Source: a virus. From it: a stretch of 64,000 nucleotides of DNA. Numbering within the stretch: the first letter of the stretch is position 1; every line of letters begins with the position of its first letter. The notes beneath the pieces were generated by a model. It did no database searches and had not been told where the DNA came from. It worked only from the letters and a program-made list of their open reading frames with translations. Below are positions 37,601-45,630 of the stretch, in pieces. Location of the stretch: positions 1 to 64,000 of the IMG/VR virus record IMGVR_UViG_3300045988_180675. The stretch is one strand, 5' to 3'. The position numbers were made by a program, and so were the translations under genes.

Positions 37601-38782
37601 TAATTTTCCGCTTTGGAAATCTTGTAGATCGTATCTTGAATACTCACTTAGCTTTACTCCTACTGAACTCCAGTTTTGTTGGATACTGTCTTTATCTACA
37701 CGGAAGATGTTATCTCCGTATTGAAGAGAAATAAAGTTTCCTTCTTTTACCGACCATGGATCCTTGAAATAATTGATGTCTACAGTTGTGGTTTGCTCCA
37801 TTGGCTCATCCTGGTGATCAATACCTTCTACGATAAACTTGTTAGTTGTTCTAATCGAAACTGTTTGGTCATCTTTATATTCAGATTTTGGAAATCTATA
37901 GAGAATAGAATCAATTCTGTCGATAAATTGATAACTGTTTGTTTCACTGTTATTATCGACCCAGCCGTTTGTTCCAATGTTGTATTTGTATGGAACATAC
38001 GTCTTTGAACTATCATTTGCATCTACGGCAGTAGATTCGATTGTAAACTTGTATGGTTGGTTACCTCTTGTTACTGATTTAAACTGCAGTTCAGAATAGA
38101 AGTATGCATCTGCATCAGCTGGCTTTTCTCCCCAAGTATCATCCCATTCCTTGAATACATCTCCTACAATGGCTCCCCTTACGCCTTCAATGTTTGCGTA
38201 GGTGTTGATTGTGATCTGTTGTAACTCATTTGAGGATGTTAGCTGTCCTCCTGCTGTATCAAGCTCTACTTTTGCGTTTACATGTTCTGCTGACATTGAC
38301 ATATCTGTATATTCGCTAGCCTTATCCGTTAATTGGTAGGCGTATTCGAAGTTATATGTCTTACCAGATGGGACTGGGCGTCTATTTGAAATAACGACTT
38401 CTCCATCAATAATTTCATACATCCATAGTGATGTTACCTCTTCGCCCTGGGCAGTTGCATCTTCGACTTCCTTTTTGGACGGGATAGAAATCTTGAACGT
38501 ATCACCAATAGAACCATCACGCTTAGTGAAGATCGTTGCTGGCAGTTTTAGTCTTGCTGTAGGAATTTTCTCTGTTCCACTGATTGAAAACTCCGTCGTG
38601 TATTTGAAAGAACGTTTTGCCTCGTTTTGTGTTGGGGCGTAAGTAACTTCATCTGCTGTTGTTTGAAATGATTCTATTGCATTCGTAGAGTTAGATGTAA
38701 CGTCTTCTGCATTTACTATGCGTGGTGTTACGAGTGTTGCAATGCAACTTAATGCTAAGAGTTTTTTGATTAAATTCTGCAT
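34664..38782 (-). CDS. giant secreted adhesin with Cna-B/SpaA-type domains and no C-terminal sorting signal
   Basis: 1372 aa with a signal peptide. Several prealbumin-like repeats (GIQFKLSGRSAYGEY..TDSKGVIKFKKIPVGKYTLTEYETTPDYF; GVEFTLSGTSDYGN..SDKNGKVIFKNIEKGTYKLKETNTPREF). Ends ..EEVPEIAEPDEGL with no LPxTG-like motif or TM. Confidence 0.75.
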   Translation of the reverse strand: MQNLIKKLLALSCIATLVTPRIVNAEDVTSNSTNAIESFQTTADEVTYAPTQNEAKRSFKYTTEFSISGTEKIPTARLKLPATIFTKRDGSIGDTFKISIPSKKEVEDATAQGEEVTSLWMYEIIDGEVVISNRRPVPSGKTYNFEYAYQLTDKASEYTDMSMSAEHVNAKVELDTAGGQLTSSNELQQITINTYANIEGVRGAIVGDVFKEWDDTWGEKPADADAYFYSELQFKSVTRGNQPYKFTIESTAVDANDSSKTYVPYKYNIGTNGWVDNNSETNSYQFIDRIDSILYRFPKSEYKDDQTVSIRTTNKFIVEGIDHQDEPMEQTTTVDINYFKDPWSVKEGNFISLQYGDNIFRVDKDSIQQNWSSVGVKLSEYSRYDLQDFQSGKLNTYNNLDFGYYIYGMPEYFTVEDGKERLPENYFKQNVIYEQFVDGIKLKETGSIIDNLTSEDYQIQNVALNPRFIEAKYDSTYNKFKPNPFFTPENAFVEVYAKYDNQSSEYVHVADYDVAKNQYNIIKEGLTSSGNNLKFDNNVIAYKLVSKNPYYFTEILAGSNYELKHSPKVDAFVANKEDIIVQSEVHGYMRKANGEEIFNYTAPLEYDFARKTQTDERIRKNVAEVLNNRIKKQYELTWVIDTEETARTSSTDVSSIPQDGGKWFDLMPAGLIVDENNVTLEEKDGSKTYNVTVTTKQNYKNTGRTLVIFETSDQMEHPILKFKTLFPYDNIRDYGGNVYNPVAFETGNSAITDGTADDASILRSYKKEMSNLTTDKGNRFIYADTTYNLSTLVYFSSGLKKLVKNSTDGKFTADTIVAPNEDYSYKLTFANSATSNTKDIILFDNIEKYTTPDGAKPNWRGILQSVDTTQMERLGFAPVLYGSTEDIDLETLRGLTPEEKLENFTRLDANSDLSTIKTIAIDCRRKSDNSIGYLGKSQSLVAILNMRAPENLPVIETVYKNYNVVYANATAIGEAGAESSNYIFNGYTTTTYKIMGNFQLNKQDATTRRPIPGIQFKLSGRSAYGEYVDEIKLTDSKGVIKFKKIPVGKYTLTEYETTPDYFLNEEKHVIEITENGRVLIDNKEVSEITIFNTPRVHANIVFEKKTFPNKEGISAPIEGVEFTLSGTSDYGNDLIEKVTSDKNGKVIFKNIEKGTYKLKETNTPREFMKLKDELEVKIDDYGVVTITNKTTNTKIDTVFNYNRLARVEWYKLNGETNQPIWGNISFQITGTDYEGVPVNTKVSPDYGTGKVSVNIPVGTYTIRENQDPVSSDKKKFVQDPKEYTLVVNNDGTYILDMEQVDGKYVVKNMPAATDSLVITKKWTNGNPDNYIPKIRVYTNLDDATSSASKQQAENNTSNNEEVPEIAEPDEGL

Positions 38783-38797
38783 TTTTATTCCTTTCTG

Positions 38798-39205
38798 TTA
38801 TTTGAATCCATTTTCTTTTAGGTGCGACATAAATTCTTGGTAAGATGGGTAGCTTGACTGGATTCCAAACTCAGTCAGATCCTTAACTTTTTCAAGGTCG
38901 ATTTTCGCCACTATTGTTACTATGCCATTTTTTACAGACATATCAACATTTAAAACCGAACCTTTGCCGTAATCCTCTTCTAAATTCTTCTTATATTCTT
39001 CTGATACATATTTGATGTTGTCGTTGTTGTAGACACTTTCGTCTGTTGGGTAGTCAGTAGAAAAAACAACAGTTTTAATGTTGTCATCTTCGTGGCTAAT
39101 TGTAATTGTTTCTTTATTATTCTTTAAGGTTGTTGTCTTACTATTAGTGCATCCGATACTTGTACACAAGCAAAGGACGAATAAAACGCCTAAAAATTTC
39201 TTCAT
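38798..39205 (-). CDS. lipoprotein
   Basis: Lipobox TSIGC, AAGAGGAAA RBS, TTGTAA-17-TATAAT promoter. Confidence 0.6.
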   Translation of the reverse strand: MKKFLGVLFVLCLCTSIGCTNSKTTTLKNNKETITISHEDDNIKTVVFSTDYPTDESVYNNDNIKYVSEEYKKNLEEDYGKGSVLNVDMSVKNGIVTIVAKIDLEKVKDLTEFGIQSSYPSYQEFMSHLKENGFK

Positions 39206-39300
39206 AATTTTCCTCTTCTTTCTAAACTAAATTATACTATATATCATTGTATTTTACAATCAGCAATTTGCTTAAAAGAAAATAAGTAGTTGTTTTCTAC

Positions 39301-39596
39301 TTATTCTTCTTCATCATCTTCATTCTCTTCTTCAGTCCAGTCGATTGCTTGCCCGCAATACGGACAGAAGTCATGTTGCTCATAATCTAATTCAAATTCG
39401 TGGTGACAATTCGGACAATTCCAGTGATCGAAGATGATCTGTCCGTCTTTTCTGGTTTTGTTTTTGTTGCTTTATTTACCAGATCCCGAAGTTGGTGGTC
39501 GATGACTCTGTTCGCTGCCAAGTGATTCATCACATTAGGTTCTCTAGCGTTTAATACTTCTTGTACGAAGTCCAACGCCTCTTGATATGTTTCCAT
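39301..39596 (-). pseudogene. small gene split over two frames; the C-terminal half is a zinc ribbon
   Basis: ORF 39387..39596 (METYQEAL..). The -1 frame, open from 39471 to the stop at 39301-39303, has no start codon but encodes DHWNCPNCHHEFELDYEQHDFCPYCGQAIDW plus an acidic tail. A 9-bp-stem terminator directly follows that second stop. The frames meet in an A-rich stretch at 39441-39471. Confidence 0.4.
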
Positions 39597-39608
39597 TTGT
39601 TTTTCTCC

Positions 39609-39989
39609 TTATTTGCTCATCTTGAGTTCCTGATCAATTTCTTGGTGTCTGATCGTAAACATCCTTGATATCGTGTCGTACACTTGTTTTGCCCTAGCCA
39701 TTTCTGCCTCAAACACTGTTTCTCGCATTAGCATGTCTTCGATAATATCCTTGTCGACTTCTTTTCTTTTTAGGACTCGTTTTAATAGGTTTGCGTGCGT
39801 CTTGATTGTGATTAGGTAAGTGTAATAGGCTGATGCCTTTGCCATCATCTTAGCTGCGTTCCCATTGCCTTCTTCTACTGATAAAGGTACTTCTAATTGA
39901 TAATTTCTGCTGAGATACATTAGCAGCATTTCTGGATCCATTTTTAATAGGTCCATCTCTGTAAGCTTGTTTTCTTGTTCTTTGCTCAT
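39609..39989 (-). CDS. hypothetical protein
   Basis: 126-aa ORF, overlapping-stop organisation with its neighbours. Confidence 0.5.
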   Translation of the reverse strand: MSKEQENKLTEMDLLKMDPEMLLMYLSRNYQLEVPLSVEEGNGNAAKMMAKASAYYTYLITIKTHANLLKRVLKRKEVDKDIIEDMLMRETVFEAEMARAKQVYDTISRMFTIRHQEIDQELKMSK

Positions 39990-40240
39990 TTGTCGTCCTT
40001 TGTCATTATCTTTTGTACCCTATATAGGCAACACCAGATGAATATCAGGTAGAATGCGTGTGCAAAGATAATCAACTGCAGAATATTCTTGAAAATTCCA
40101 TATAAACGTTCCTCTACAAGCATACAGATAAGCAGAGTTAATGTAGTTTGTTGAGATATCTTGGCTAGCCTTTCAATATACTGCTCTGGCGTGTCGCCTT
40201 TTTTTACCATTGTCATCTTCTCGATTACTTCTTTAACCAT
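39986..40240 (-). CDS. small membrane protein
   Basis: Start at MVKEVIEK (ATG 40240) after a GGAGG RBS. Hydrophobic C-terminal half. Confidence 0.45.
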   Translation of the reverse strand: MVKEVIEKMTMVKKGDTPEQYIERLAKISQQTTLTLLICMLVEERLYGIFKNILQLIIFAHAFYLIFIWCCLYRVQKIMTKDDK

Positions 40241-40871
40241 TCTTACCTCCATTTTCTAACAGGTTGTTTCTAATATTTATAATTTCTGTAAATGTCTCTT
40301 GATGCATTAGCTTTTTCACCTCATCTTCTGTAATTACTTCTTTTTTGATGAGTAATTTACCGTCTTTCACTTCTCTGTTTAGCAATATCCAGGGTTCGTT
40401 TGGATCCACTGGATTGTCCACTAGAATCAGTTTCGTTTTCTCAGAGAGCTTTAATACGATATTGGGATTTGGCTTCTCGCTGAGTGCAAAGAATGTCACC
40501 AAACAGATCTCTAAGCCGTCAACGTCTGTTACGACGGTTGTTTTGTTTGTCTCTTCAATATTTAGATCTTCCATAGCCTTTTTTACCGCCTTTAAATGCT
40601 CTAGTAATTTGTCCTTAATCTTTCTATTTAAGATTTCGTGCAAGGCTAGAGATAGTATTGCTATTGTTAAAGCAATGTAAGACAGTTCCAATACGCCTTC
40701 AACCTTAATGATGTTCGCAGCAAAACTGAAAATAATAGCTAGCGTTGAGAAAATATAAATGGAAAACAACGAAAGCCGTCTAATAAGAAATAGCTTTGGA
40801 GCTGTCTTCGCCTGTAGCTCATTGATTATTTTATCCATTTTCTGGTTTTTCGTTTCTTTATTTTTGCTCAT
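40233..40871 (-). CDS. membrane protein
   Basis: 212 aa with two N-proximal TM helices, an AGAGGAAA RBS and a TTGCTAAAAAGAATAT promoter. Confidence 0.55.
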   Translation of the reverse strand: MSKNKETKNQKMDKIINELQAKTAPKLFLIRRLSLFSIYIFSTLAIIFSFAANIIKVEGVLELSYIALTIAILSLALHEILNRKIKDKLLEHLKAVKKAMEDLNIEETNKTTVVTDVDGLEICLVTFFALSEKPNPNIVLKLSEKTKLILVDNPVDPNEPWILLNREVKDGKLLIKKEVITEDEVKKLMHQETFTEIINIRNNLLENGGKNG

Positions 40872-40964
40872 AAGTTTCCTCTCTTTTCTTTACATTATTA
40901 TTTTATCACATTATATTCTTTTTAGCAAACAAAAAGTGCCTATATTATATGGCACTTCTTTAGT

Positions 40965-41327
40965 TTATTCTTGCGATATTCTTTCTATCAGTTGTCCCAC
41001 CTTCTTTGTGATTGGTTCTATTAACAGTTTTCTGCCAGTTGATGTTAATCTGATTCTTCTTCTGTATCCACCAGCTGTCTTGTCTGTTTCTATCATTCCG
41101 TTTCTTTCTAATTCTCTAATCAGGTGAGAAGCTCCTTCTTGACGAATTTTGAGTGCTTCTGCTACATCTGCGATCTCATTTTCTTCTTTTAGAATGAACG
41201 CTGCTCTTACAACGTCTGGTTGCAGCTTTAGAACCTTTGCCCTTGCCTTAATAATCTTGTCAATTAAAACAGTTAACTTTGCAAGTTCTCTATAATCTTT
41301 TACTTTTATAACAATGTTGTTTTCCAT
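40965..41327 (-). CDS. MarR-like winged-helix transcriptional regulator
   Basis: GASHLIRELERNGMIETDKTAGGYRRRIRLTSTGRKLL matches the MarR recognition helix plus wing pattern. Confidence 0.55.
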   Translation of the reverse strand: MENNIVIKVKDYRELAKLTVLIDKIIKARAKVLKLQPDVVRAAFILKEENEIADVAEALKIRQEGASHLIRELERNGMIETDKTAGGYRRRIRLTSTGRKLLIEPITKKVGQLIERISQE

Positions 41328-41332
41328 GTTGT

Positions 41333-41632
41333 TTATATTACTAGGACTGCTACTACTCCTAATTTCTCCTTTCCATTTTTATTTATCTTTTCAATATAAG
41401 ACGTTTCATTTATTACGATTGCTTGGGCAATCTCGCCCAGCTTCTTCTTTATTTCTTTCTTTGTTATCTTCTGGTTTTGGAATGACAACTTGCAATTTAC
41501 GGGAATCATTCCAATAACCTCTTCTTGTCGAGATAATCTTCGCTTGATTCTGATTGAAGATACTAGCATCAAGTCTAGTGAGTCGATGTGTTCCGCTACA
41601 GAATAATTTCGTTTTCCTTTCTTTATGTACAT
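41333..41632 (-). CDS. hypothetical protein
   Basis: 99-aa ORF with a purine-rich RBS. Confidence 0.45.
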   Translation of the reverse strand: MYIKKGKRNYSVAEHIDSLDLMLVSSIRIKRRLSRQEEVIGMIPVNCKLSFQNQKITKKEIKKKLGEIAQAIVINETSYIEKINKNGKEKLGVVAVLVI

Positions 41633-41723
41633 ACTTTCTCTCTCTTTCTATACCAATATTATAACATAGTAATTTCTATAAAGCAAATAAAAAAGGAGTA
41701 TTTTTGGCACTCCTTCTTTCGTT

Positions 41724-41990
41724 TTATTTCTTCTTCAGGTTTTTGTTTAAGAGGATTAGCTGTCCCAGAATTATGAGTAATACACTTCCCACGATTCTTA
41801 ATTCAAACAGAATTGATAACTCTGTAGTTACGAAAGTTGTTAGTGAGTAAAATAAACTAGGCACAAGTGAGCCAACTCCTGCACAGATTAACCAATATGC
41901 AATAATTTCGATCCATGTTAATTTGCCGCACTCTTCTAAGCATTTACCTACAAGTTCCTTTACTCTTGCTGCTGTTTTCTTTAAGATCAT
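41724..41990 (-). CDS. small membrane protein
   Basis: Start moved to MILKK (ATG 41990, AAGGAGAAG RBS), because the track ATG at 42017 overlaps the -10 box of its own promoter. Confidence 0.5.
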   Translation of the reverse strand: MILKKTAARVKELVGKCLEECGKLTWIEIIAYWLICAGVGSLVPSLFYSLTTFVTTELSILFELRIVGSVLLIILGQLILLNKNLKKK

Positions 41991-42046
41991 ATCTTCTTCT
42001 CCTTTTTCTTGTTTCATTCTAGCATATTATCTTCTTTTTAGCAAGT

Positions 42047-42233
42047 AAAAAAAGTGCCGATTATAGTATGTGGCACTTTCTGGGACTTACCCTTTTGTAA
42101 AGTTGTTTAATTTGATGTCATGGAGTTAATGTTCACTTCCATCGGAGGTGGATCCAGATTTTTTGGGAGGATTTCTACTGGATCACGTAGAAGTGAACGA
42201 CCAAGGAAAGTTGTTTTGTTCTTCCTTCCTTGT
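42047..42233 (-). ncRNA. candidate ~190-nt structured small RNA
   Basis: Promoter TTGACT(42268-42263)-17-TAATAT(42245-42240). Terminator AAGTGCC..GGCACTT plus U-run. Nested perfect helices: 9 bp (42131-42139/42190-42198), 7 bp (42151-42157/42178-42184), 7 bp (42202-42208/42226-42232). CCUCC-containing loops. Confidence 0.45.
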
Positions 42234-42302
42234 AACCATATATTATCATAACAGTATATATAAGTCAATAGTCAAAAAGAAAATAGTTGGAAATCCAACT
42301 AT

Positions 42303-42827
42303 TTATTTCTTCAATTCCATCTCTTTTATCAATGCCTCTTCTGATTTGTTAGAGAGGAAATCTGGAGCGGAAAGGTAATCTGCTTTGTTGGAAACTGTTT
42401 CCCAGCCAAGCCAAATCTCTGTAAAATTTGTAAGTTCGACTGCTCGTATTGTGAATCCCTCTTCTGACCATGGCAGCTTCTTCTCTGGACCGATTGTAAC
42501 ATATTCTAGTCCACCAACCTTCCCTCTTCTTAGCGTTTGATCATCTATATAGGCGTCTGCCTGGAAAATAAGACATTCGTCATTCTTCATCGCTTCGCAA
42601 TCCTTGTGAACTAACAGCTGCACCCATGTCGATGGGTCGGTTTTGTTTTTATCTATGGACATTATGGCGTACAGTTCATCTGTAATGTAAACCTTTTCTT
42701 GCTTTCTTTTTGTTTTGTAATTGCAGTTTTCTTTAGCAAAGAGTATCTTCAGTCCCATTTTTCTTGCATCGAAATTTTCAAAAAATTCTTTTAAGTGTTC
42801 CTTTCTTACTTTGATCTTGTATAACAT
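42303..42827 (-). CDS. hypothetical protein
   Basis: 174-aa ORF with an RBS, followed by a 9-bp-stem terminator. Confidence 0.55.
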   Translation of the reverse strand: MLYKIKVRKEHLKEFFENFDARKMGLKILFAKENCNYKTKRKQEKVYITDELYAIMSIDKNKTDPSTWVQLLVHKDCEAMKNDECLIFQADAYIDDQTLRRGKVGGLEYVTIGPEKKLPWSEEGFTIRAVELTNFTEIWLGWETVSNKADYLSAPDFLSNKSEEALIKEMELKK

Positions 42828-42830
42828 TAC

Positions 42831-43499
42831 TTATTTTTCTCCTTCTTTGGTTGTTAGCTCTCTTAACTTCTCTTCTGATTCTCGTAATAAGTTCTTATAG
42901 TTTTCGATATCGGATTCTATCTTCCGTCTTTCTTTTTCTAGTTGAGATTTCTCTTTGTTTTTTAAAATATCAGCATACTTTTCTTTTGCTTCTTCTACAG
43001 GTAGCGACAATAGTTCAAGTGGTACAAAATATTCTTTGCCAGAATACATATCTGTGAAGTAAATGTTATTGTTATCAATACTGATCGTTTCGATATAACG
43101 ATAATAACCTGTTATGTCTCTGTAAAAAAGCGTTGTTTGATATTTGAAATAGTCAAGCCATTCTCCCTGAACCTTTTTTAGTTTTAGTAGATCCGATAGA
43201 AGTGGAGTTGCTTTTCTTGTAACCAAGTCATTTCTTACGAGTCTAACAACGTGATTGATAGCACTTGTGTATACTTCTTTTTCGTATTTTTCGATCTCAT
43301 CGTATTTAACACCCAGATCCTTCAGTTCAATTTCCATAGTTTTGATATAGCCATTTTCACCTGGCTTGTAAGAAAACTTTGCACTATCCCAATCAAATGC
43401 AATATCGTCAATATCTTCTAATTCGATATTCTTGTTTAGTACGTTGTTTGCATAGTTTACTACAAATTCTTCAATTGGTGTTAATTCTTCTTTTTTCAT
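42831..43499 (-). CDS. hypothetical protein with C-terminal coiled coil
   Basis: 222-aa ORF with an AGGAGAAAA RBS. Confidence 0.55.
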   Translation of the reverse strand: MKKEELTPIEEFVVNYANNVLNKNIELEDIDDIAFDWDSAKFSYKPGENGYIKTMEIELKDLGVKYDEIEKYEKEVYTSAINHVVRLVRNDLVTRKATPLLSDLLKLKKVQGEWLDYFKYQTTLFYRDITGYYRYIETISIDNNNIYFTDMYSGKEYFVPLELLSLPVEEAKEKYADILKNKEKSQLEKERRKIESDIENYKNLLRESEEKLRELTTKEGEK

Positions 43500-43522
43500 T
43501 TTTATTTTTCTCCTAATTCTTC

Positions 43523-43969
43523 TTATATTTCCCTTCTTAGTCCGACAGCCTGTTTCGCTAGTCGGTCCGCTTTATTATTTAACTCTATACCGCTGTGGCT
43601 CTTTACTTTGCAAAAGTCGATTTTTATATATTTGTTTATTTCCGTGAAGAAATCACGGTAGGCAAGCAAAAATCTGTTTTTCTGCTTCACTTTTACTTTA
43701 CCTAATGCAATATCTTCAATGCCGTTAAAATCAAAATACAATTTCATTCTTTTTAGCTTTAGCTTCCTAGCTGCCTTCATAATGGTGATCGCACCGAAAA
43801 TTTCTCCAGCAACGTTCTTGAGTTTTATGGCATCTTTTTCATTTCCTGATTTCCTAATAATGTATTCTTTCCCGTTAACGATTAAGATGCCACCACATCC
43901 GTATCTGTTTGTGTTGTAGTTGTAGGATCCATCTATATATGCGTATGCAGTATTCTTCGCCTTTCCCAT
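43523..43969 (-). CDS. RNase H (type 1) family protein
   Basis: Start moved to MGKAKN (ATG 43969). D/E/D/H/D pattern: YIDGS, AGEIFG, YFDFNG, VKSHSG..NNKADRLAKQ. Confidence 0.7.
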   Translation of the reverse strand: MGKAKNTAYAYIDGSYNYNTNRYGCGGILIVNGKEYIIRKSGNEKDAIKLKNVAGEIFGAITIMKAARKLKLKRMKLYFDFNGIEDIALGKVKVKQKNRFLLAYRDFFTEINKYIKIDFCKVKSHSGIELNNKADRLAKQAVGLRREI

Positions 43970-44021
43970 ATTTCTTCCATCCCTTTTTTCTATAGTAAGC
44001 CTACAAGTGAGTGATAATGTA

Positions 44022-44516
44022 TTATTGTTCGATACCTTCTTTTGAACAAATAGAGTTAGACCCAAATAATTTCTCTTCAAGCTCCTTCTTCTTTTTCTTA
44101 TCTATCTCTAGGCTGCGTTCCTTCATTTCAATTTCTTTTGCCAGTTCTTCATATTGTTCACGTGTCTTCAGCATGTCTTGCAATTTCTTTTTCTGATCGG
44201 CTTCTTTTGCTAGTGCTTCTATCTCTGTATCTCTTAATAAGAAGATGTCTAAGTCGATTGTTGCGTAGGAGTAGATAGAATCGAAAACACCATAGGAATC
44301 TTCAATCGCTGCTGAATAATAGATACCAAGGCTCTTCTTCCCTGTGATGTCATTTCCTGTGATTTCAAAGCTGACAATCTCTATATCTCTATACCCGACA
44401 GGAAAAACTCTCTCCAGATTTAATTCTTTGTCAATTTTTTTGATCTTCTTCAAAATCTCTTTCTTGTTTTTGTTGTTTTGATGCTGAATTTCTAACATCC
44501 GTTTTAGGTTTAACAT
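44022..44516 (-). CDS. hypothetical protein with coiled-coil C-terminus (family E-like architecture)
   Basis: 164-aa ORF behind a TTGCTTAAAAGAAAGT..TATAAT promoter. Confidence 0.5.
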   Translation of the reverse strand: MLNLKRMLEIQHQNNKNKKEILKKIKKIDKELNLERVFPVGYRDIEIVSFEITGNDITGKKSLGIYYSAAIEDSYGVFDSIYSYATIDLDIFLLRDTEIEALAKEADQKKKLQDMLKTREQYEELAKEIEMKERSLEIDKKKKKELEEKLFGSNSICSKEGIEQ

Positions 44517-44616
44517 AAGTTTTCTCTCTTTCTTTCTATACTTATTATAGCATAATACTTTCTTTTAAGCAACTAAAAAAGAGAGCTTTTATACTCTCTC
44601 TTTTTTGATTCTTAAT

Positions 44617-44868
44617 TTAGTATCGCTTATCTTCTGGAATTTTCGCAACCTTGTTATGGCACTTCTTGCAGAAATAATAAGCATTTTTGAGTTTATATTT
44701 AGAACCCTGGTACATATCGGAGTTGTCACAGGTGTCGTCACACTCACCGTGGTTATTCACTTGAAACTCCCACATACCAAAATAATACATTTTCTGGTAA
44801 AAGTGTTTTTTGTTACCGCAATGTGGACATACAAGATTCAATTCTTCATGTTTGTTCTCTGTTGTCAT
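44617..44868 (-). CDS. small zinc-ribbon protein
   Basis: CPHCGN..(40 aa)..CKKCHN. The start is either ATG 44868 or GTG 44877. Confidence 0.5.
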   Translation of the reverse strand: MTTENKHEELNLVCPHCGNKKHFYQKMYYFGMWEFQVNNHGECDDTCDNSDMYQGSKYKLKNAYYFCKKCHNKVAKIPEDKRY

Positions 44869-44869
44869 T

Positions 44870-45613
44870 TCACTCACTCACTTTCTTCTTAACTTTGTCG
44901 GTGATGATGTCGGAAAGCTTGTACATCTTTCCAGCTTCTAATTGATCCGCAAGATACTTTAACTGGTAATCAAAGCCATTTTTATCTCTTGATCCTTGAA
45001 AAGTCCAACACAGACAACGTTCACCGTCATTATTTAGCCATTCAAAGCAATTCTTTTTTGCGTTTACCCTACCATATAATTCATCAATTTTCACATGGTA
45101 AAGAAACCTATTTTTTATGGCGATCGGACAATCGACAACATTTTCTTTGATCATGTAGTCTTTTTCGTTCATTTTTGTGGGGATAAAGTTGTATCCTACA
45201 TCAGCAATCGAAGCTAAAACACAAAGTCCAATCGCCAGTGACACACCAAGTAAAATGGTGTTAAGGTCATTTTGTGATGGGTTCCAGAGCCAAATTGTAG
45301 TGCCGACTGAAATTGCGAACGCTATTGCTGGGGAATAAATTGTCTTAAATATCGCTTTAATGATGGTGTCAGTCCCTAACCACTCTTTTATTTCTTTTTC
45401 GCTTTGTTCCTTTGTTGCTTTAGCCGTTCCTAGTTGACTATATAATTTTCTCTTCTTTTCTTCTTCGTCAGCCTGTGTATCAGCCTTCAAGCACTTGTCA
45501 AACGGAAGTGCGTCATTTATGTAGCCGTCGTTTACATCTGGTTCTTCTTCTAAGGCAGCCTCTAATGTGAAAGGGCTACTTTTTCTTTGTTCTTCCTGCG
45601 TTAATCCTGTCAT
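44870..45613 (-). CDS. membrane protein, paralog family B
   Basis: MTGLTQEEQ.., LPFDKC, TM helices, C-terminus YKLSDIITDKVKKK. Close paralog of 52991..53809. Confidence 0.6.
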   Translation of the reverse strand: MTGLTQEEQRKSSPFTLEAALEEEPDVNDGYINDALPFDKCLKADTQADEEEKKRKLYSQLGTAKATKEQSEKEIKEWLGTDTIIKAIFKTIYSPAIAFAISVGTTIWLWNPSQNDLNTILLGVSLAIGLCVLASIADVGYNFIPTKMNEKDYMIKENVVDCPIAIKNRFLYHVKIDELYGRVNAKKNCFEWLNNDGERCLCWTFQGSRDKNGFDYQLKYLADQLEAGKMYKLSDIITDKVKKKVSE

Positions 45614-45630
45614 ATTTTTACCTACCTTCT

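Noticed and set aside
39441-39471. Programmed -1 ribosomal frameshift site for the split zinc-ribbon gene.
   Set aside because: There is no X_XXY_YYZ slippery heptamer in the zero frame and no obvious downstream pseudoknot. An indel in an A-run is more parsimonious.
42148-42378. Plus-strand ORF of 76 aa in the 42018-42302 gap. Similar lone opposite-strand ORFs: 56871..57083, 61462..61677, 44605..44892, 52044..52238.
   Set aside because: No RBS or promoter, and low-complexity or hydrophobic junk translations. They overlap better-supported RNA structures, promoters or opposite-strand genes.
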